Source: Phycisphaerae bacterium (GTDB lineage: Bacteria; Planctomycetota; Phycisphaerae; SM23-33). From it: a DNA stretch of 64,000 nt. The notes under the pieces were generated by a model. That model was not told the DNA's origin. It did not search any database and saw nothing but the letters and a program-made list of their open reading frames with translations. The stretch's first letter is position 1; every line of letters starts with the position of its first letter. Where the stretch lies: the NCBI GenBank assembly GCA_041661865.1, contig JBAZTO010000004.1:614-64613 (forward strand). Direction: 5' to 3'. Below, one piece after another: positions 61,633 through 64,000 of this stretch. Made by a program: the position numbers and the translations under genes.

Positions 61633-62775
61633 CTAGGGCTTGTCAGGGGCGAAATAATCTTTCAGCTTGTCCAGGAAGCCCTTCCGCTGCGGCGTCACGT
61701 GGGCCTCTTCGGTCTTGGCGTAGGCGTCGAGCAGCTCGCGCTGCTTGCCGGTGAGCTTTTTGGGCACCTCGATGAGCACCTGCACGTGCTGGTCGCCGAC
61801 CCTGCCGCTTCGGCCGATGGAGGGCAGCCCGCGCTTCTTGAGCATGTACACGTCGCCATGCTGCGTGCCGGGGGCGATGTCGATCTCTTCGGGCTGGTGG
61901 CCCAGCGTGGGCACGGCGATCCGTCCGCCCAGTGCCGCCTGGGAAAAACTGATGGGCACCTGGCAGTACAAATCGTCGTCCTGGCGGACCAGCAGCGGGT
62001 GGGGCTTGAGGCGGATATAGCAGTGCATGTCGCCGCGGCTGGTGCCGTTGGCGCTGGGCTCGCCCTCGCCGCGAACGCGAATGACCTGGCCTTCCTGCAC
62101 GCCGGGAGGCACGTGGACGCTGAGGATGCGCTTCTTGCGCTTGCGGCCGCTGCCGCGGCAATCGGTGCAGGGGTCGCTCACCAGCGTGCCCTTGCCCTTG
62201 CACTTGGGACAGGGAACGATCCGCACCGACATGCCGAAAAAGCCCTGCATCTGCTGCTGCATCTGGCCGTAGCCGCCGCAGTTGGCGCATCGCTGGGGCG
62301 ACGTCCCAGGCCGGGCGCCCTTGCCCGAGCAGGTCTCGCAGAAGTCCATCCGCTCAAACTCCAGCGTCTGGTCGACCCCGGTGGCCACCTGTTCGAGGGT
62401 CAGGACGACCTCGGTCTCCAGGTCGTAGCCGCGGTCCATGGCGGATCGCGCGCCGCCCCCGCCGAAGCCTCCGCCCAGGATGTCCTGGAACATCGAGAAA
62501 ATGTCCCCGAAACCCATGCTGGAGAAATCGTGCACGCCCGCGCCGCGCAGCCCCTCGTGGCCGAAGCGGTCGTACTGCTCCCGCTTGCCCGGGTCGGACA
62601 AGACTTCGTAGGCCTCGGCCAGCTCCTTGAACTTGGACTCGGCTTCGCTCTTGTCGCCCTTGCAGTTGTCAGGGTGGAACTTCAGCGCGCCGCGGCGGTA
62701 GGCCCGCTTGATCTCGTCGGCGCCGGCCGAGCGCTCCAGCCCCAACACTTCGTAATAGTCACGCTTCTGAGACAT
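61633..62775 (-). CDS. dnaJ: molecular chaperone DnaJ
   Basis: J-domain with HPD, G/F region, four CxxCxGxG zinc repeats. Confidence 0.95.
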   Translation of the reverse strand: MSQKRDYYEVLGLERSAGADEIKRAYRRGALKFHPDNCKGDKSEAESKFKELAEAYEVLSDPGKREQYDRFGHEGLRGAGVHDFSSMGFGDIFSMFQDILGGGFGGGGARSAMDRGYDLETEVVLTLEQVATGVDQTLEFERMDFCETCSGKGARPGTSPQRCANCGGYGQMQQQMQGFFGMSVRIVPCPKCKGKGTLVSDPCTDCRGSGRKRKKRILSVHVPPGVQEGQVIRVRGEGEPSANGTSRGDMHCYIRLKPHPLLVRQDDDLYCQVPISFSQAALGGRIAVPTLGHQPEEIDIAPGTQHGDVYMLKKRGLPSIGRSGRVGDQHVQVLIEVPKKLTGKQRELLDAYAKTEEAHVTPQRKGFLDKLKDYFAPDKP

Positions 62776-62946
62776 TACCTGGTTATCGACTTCCGGTTTC
62801 TTGATTTTTCGATTTCAGCCGCCGCGGGTGCCCAGATCAAACCAGCCGTGAGCGCAAAGCGAGCGGAAATCCTGGCGACACTTTCCGGCCTCGCGAGCAA
62901 AACAGTCTACAACGTCGCCCGGCGGTTTGCACTCTCATTGCGTTCT

Positions 62947-62972
62947 GGTAGCACAGGCGTCCCGCCTGTGCT
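62947..62972. repeat. inverted single copy of the CACAGGCG palindromic unit
   Basis: ggtagcacaggcgtcccgcctgtgct. Confidence 0.6.
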
Positions 62973-63017
62973 CTGGAACCCTATCGGCGATTGTTTGTAG
63001 TCTTACGGCCTTACACC

Positions 63018-63158
63018 CACAGGCGAGACGCCTGTGCTACCACACTCACAGGCGAGACGCCTGTGCTACCACACTCACAGGCGAGACGCCTGTGCTACCA
63101 CACTCACAGGCGAGACGCCTGTGCTACCACACTCACAGGCGAGACGCCTGTGCTACCC
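63018..63158. repeat. tandem array of five 29-bp units CACAGGCGAGACGCCTGTGCTACCACACT (no spacers)
   Basis: exact 29-nt period at 63018, 63047, 63076, 63105, 63134 (last unit truncated); each unit contains the CACAGGCG-AGA-CGCCTGTG palindrome. Confidence 0.8.
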
Positions 63159-63224
63159 ATGACGTTTCAGGGGCGCCGCGGCCTTGGCCACAGCGCCCCT
63201 GAGTTTCTTCGCTAATTGCTGTTC

Positions 63225-63256
63225 ACGTGGTCGCAAACGCCGCGACCACGGCACCT
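63225..63256. repeat. CGTGGTCGC-aaacgcc-GCGACCACG palindromic REP
   Basis: cacgtggtcgcaaacgccgcgaccacggcacc; preceded by CAGGGGCGC...GCGCCCCTG hairpin (63169-63202). Confidence 0.5.
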
Positions 63257-63296
63257 GCGGCCATCCGATCGATGGCCACGGGAGTTGGCAATCGCT

Positions 63297-64000
63297 TTAA
63301 TGCACTGCGGCGGCGTTCTGCACGTCGGCCTTTTCGTCGTACTCGGCCACCATCAGGTCGGTCGTCAGCATCATGGAGGCCACCGACGCGGCGTTCTGCA
63401 AGGCCGTGCGGGAAACCTTCGCCGGGTCGATGATGCCCGCGGCGATCATGTCCACGTACTCGCCGGTGGCGGCGTTGTAGCCGATGTTGTTGCCGCGTTC
63501 GAGGATCTCGGCCACGATCACGTCGCCGTCCTCGCCGGTGTTGGCGACGATCTGCTCGGTGGGGGCCGTCAGGGCCCGGGCCACGATGTCCACGCCGATC
63601 TTCTCGTCGCCCTTGGCCTTGTCACGGGACTTCTTGACCGCCGCGATGGCGTGCAGCATCACCACGCCGCCGCCGGGGACGATGCCTTCCTGGCTGGCAG
63701 CGCGGGTCGCATGCACCGCGTCGTCGATGAGGTCCTTGCGTTCCTTCATCTCCGCCTCGGTGGCAGCGCCGGCATAGATCACCGCCACGCCGCCGGTCAA
63801 CTTGGCCAGGCGCTCGTTGAGCTTTTCCTTGTCATAGTCGCTGGTGGTCTTGGCGATCTGGCCGCGAAGGGTCTCGCAACGGGCCTGGATTTCCTTCTTC
63901 GTGCCCGCGCCCTCGATGAGGGTGGTGGTTTCCTTGTCCACGACCACTCGCTTGGCCGTGCCGAGCATGTTCAGTTCCACGCTCTCGAGCTTGAGGCCCA
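63297..64000 (-). CDS. groEL: chaperonin GroEL, C-terminal part (5' end beyond window)
   Basis: ORF open to window end; GroEL apical/equatorial motifs (GGGVAVIYAGAATE, VEEGIVPGGGV, IIDPAKVSRTALQNAAS). Confidence 0.93.
   Translation of the reverse strand, partial: GLKLESVELNMLGTAKRVVVDKETTTLIEGAGTKKEIQARCETLRGQIAKTTSDYDKEKLNERLAKLTGGVAVIYAGAATEAEMKERKDLIDDAVHATRAASQEGIVPGGGVVMLHAIAAVKKSRDKAKGDEKIGVDIVARALTAPTEQIVANTGEDGDVIVAEILERGNNIGYNAATGEYVDMIAAGIIDPAKVSRTALQNAASVASMMLTTDLMVAEYDEKADVQNAAAVH

Noticed and set aside
63018-63158. Possible CRISPR array (29-bp direct repeats)
   Set aside because: Units are contiguous with no spacers. Each unit is itself a REP-type palindrome found singly elsewhere. 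No cas genes are present.
62927-63215. ORFs 62927-63202 and 62991-63215 (+)
   Set aside because: These are translations of the tandem 29-bp repeat array (repeating HTHRRDACATTLTGETPVLP peptide). They are repeat artefacts.

Overview
This 64-kb window is GC-rich (about 65%) and looks like bacterial chromosome. Gene content and context (PEP-CTERM-anchored protease, TrpB2, PPDK, RicT/PSP1, PRC-barrel, many small membrane proteins) point loosely to a Planctomycetota-like organism.

I call about 60 protein genes on both strands. Most are housekeeping: mutS, lexA, cysK, prfB with its programmed +1 frameshift, tyrA, trpB2, trpD, proA, rmuC, the rpoD-dnaG operon, rnhA, mnmE, ppdK, hflX, dnaJ-grpE, a partial groEL and ybeY. 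I also find one tRNA, tRNA-Leu(GAG), on the minus strand at 58483-58567.

I see no rRNA, no CRISPR array, no transposase or integrase gene, and no recognisable cas or defence-island genes.

Two things stand out.

1. The intergenic space is packed with structured repeats from at least seven families:
- inverted arms built from a 9-bp period (CACRRAGNN)
- GAATGACGAA inverted-repeat elements
- a 78-bp CTAGCCGCGAGCGCAAAGCGAGCGG inverted repeat
- GCGTGCAAC-nn-GTTGCACGC palindromes
- CACAGGCG-nGA-CGCCTGTG palindromes, including a spacer-less 5-copy tandem array of 29 bp
- CGTGGTCGC-n7-GCGACCACG palindromes
- a 71-73 bp element with two hairpins enclosed by GGTGCCAC/GTGGCACC
These elements often sit exactly at gene ends. 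Several contain the host gene's terminator. Some contribute stop codons or C-terminal residues.

2. Several small low-GC islets are embedded among high-GC housekeeping genes, and some are bracketed by inverted copies of these repeats:
- a 396-aa membrane-anchored protein immediately downstream of lexA
- a Trm112-like zinc-ribbon methyltransferase
- a two-gene module with a near-consensus sigma-70 promoter between hflX and trpD
- an NYN-domain gene with no canonical start codon
- an AT-rich XRE-regulator/DUF2178 pair

The strongest candidates for something previously undescribed are the REP-bracketed gene downstream of lexA, the promoter-equipped two-gene module after hflX, and the repeat families themselves. 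All are inferences from sequence alone.
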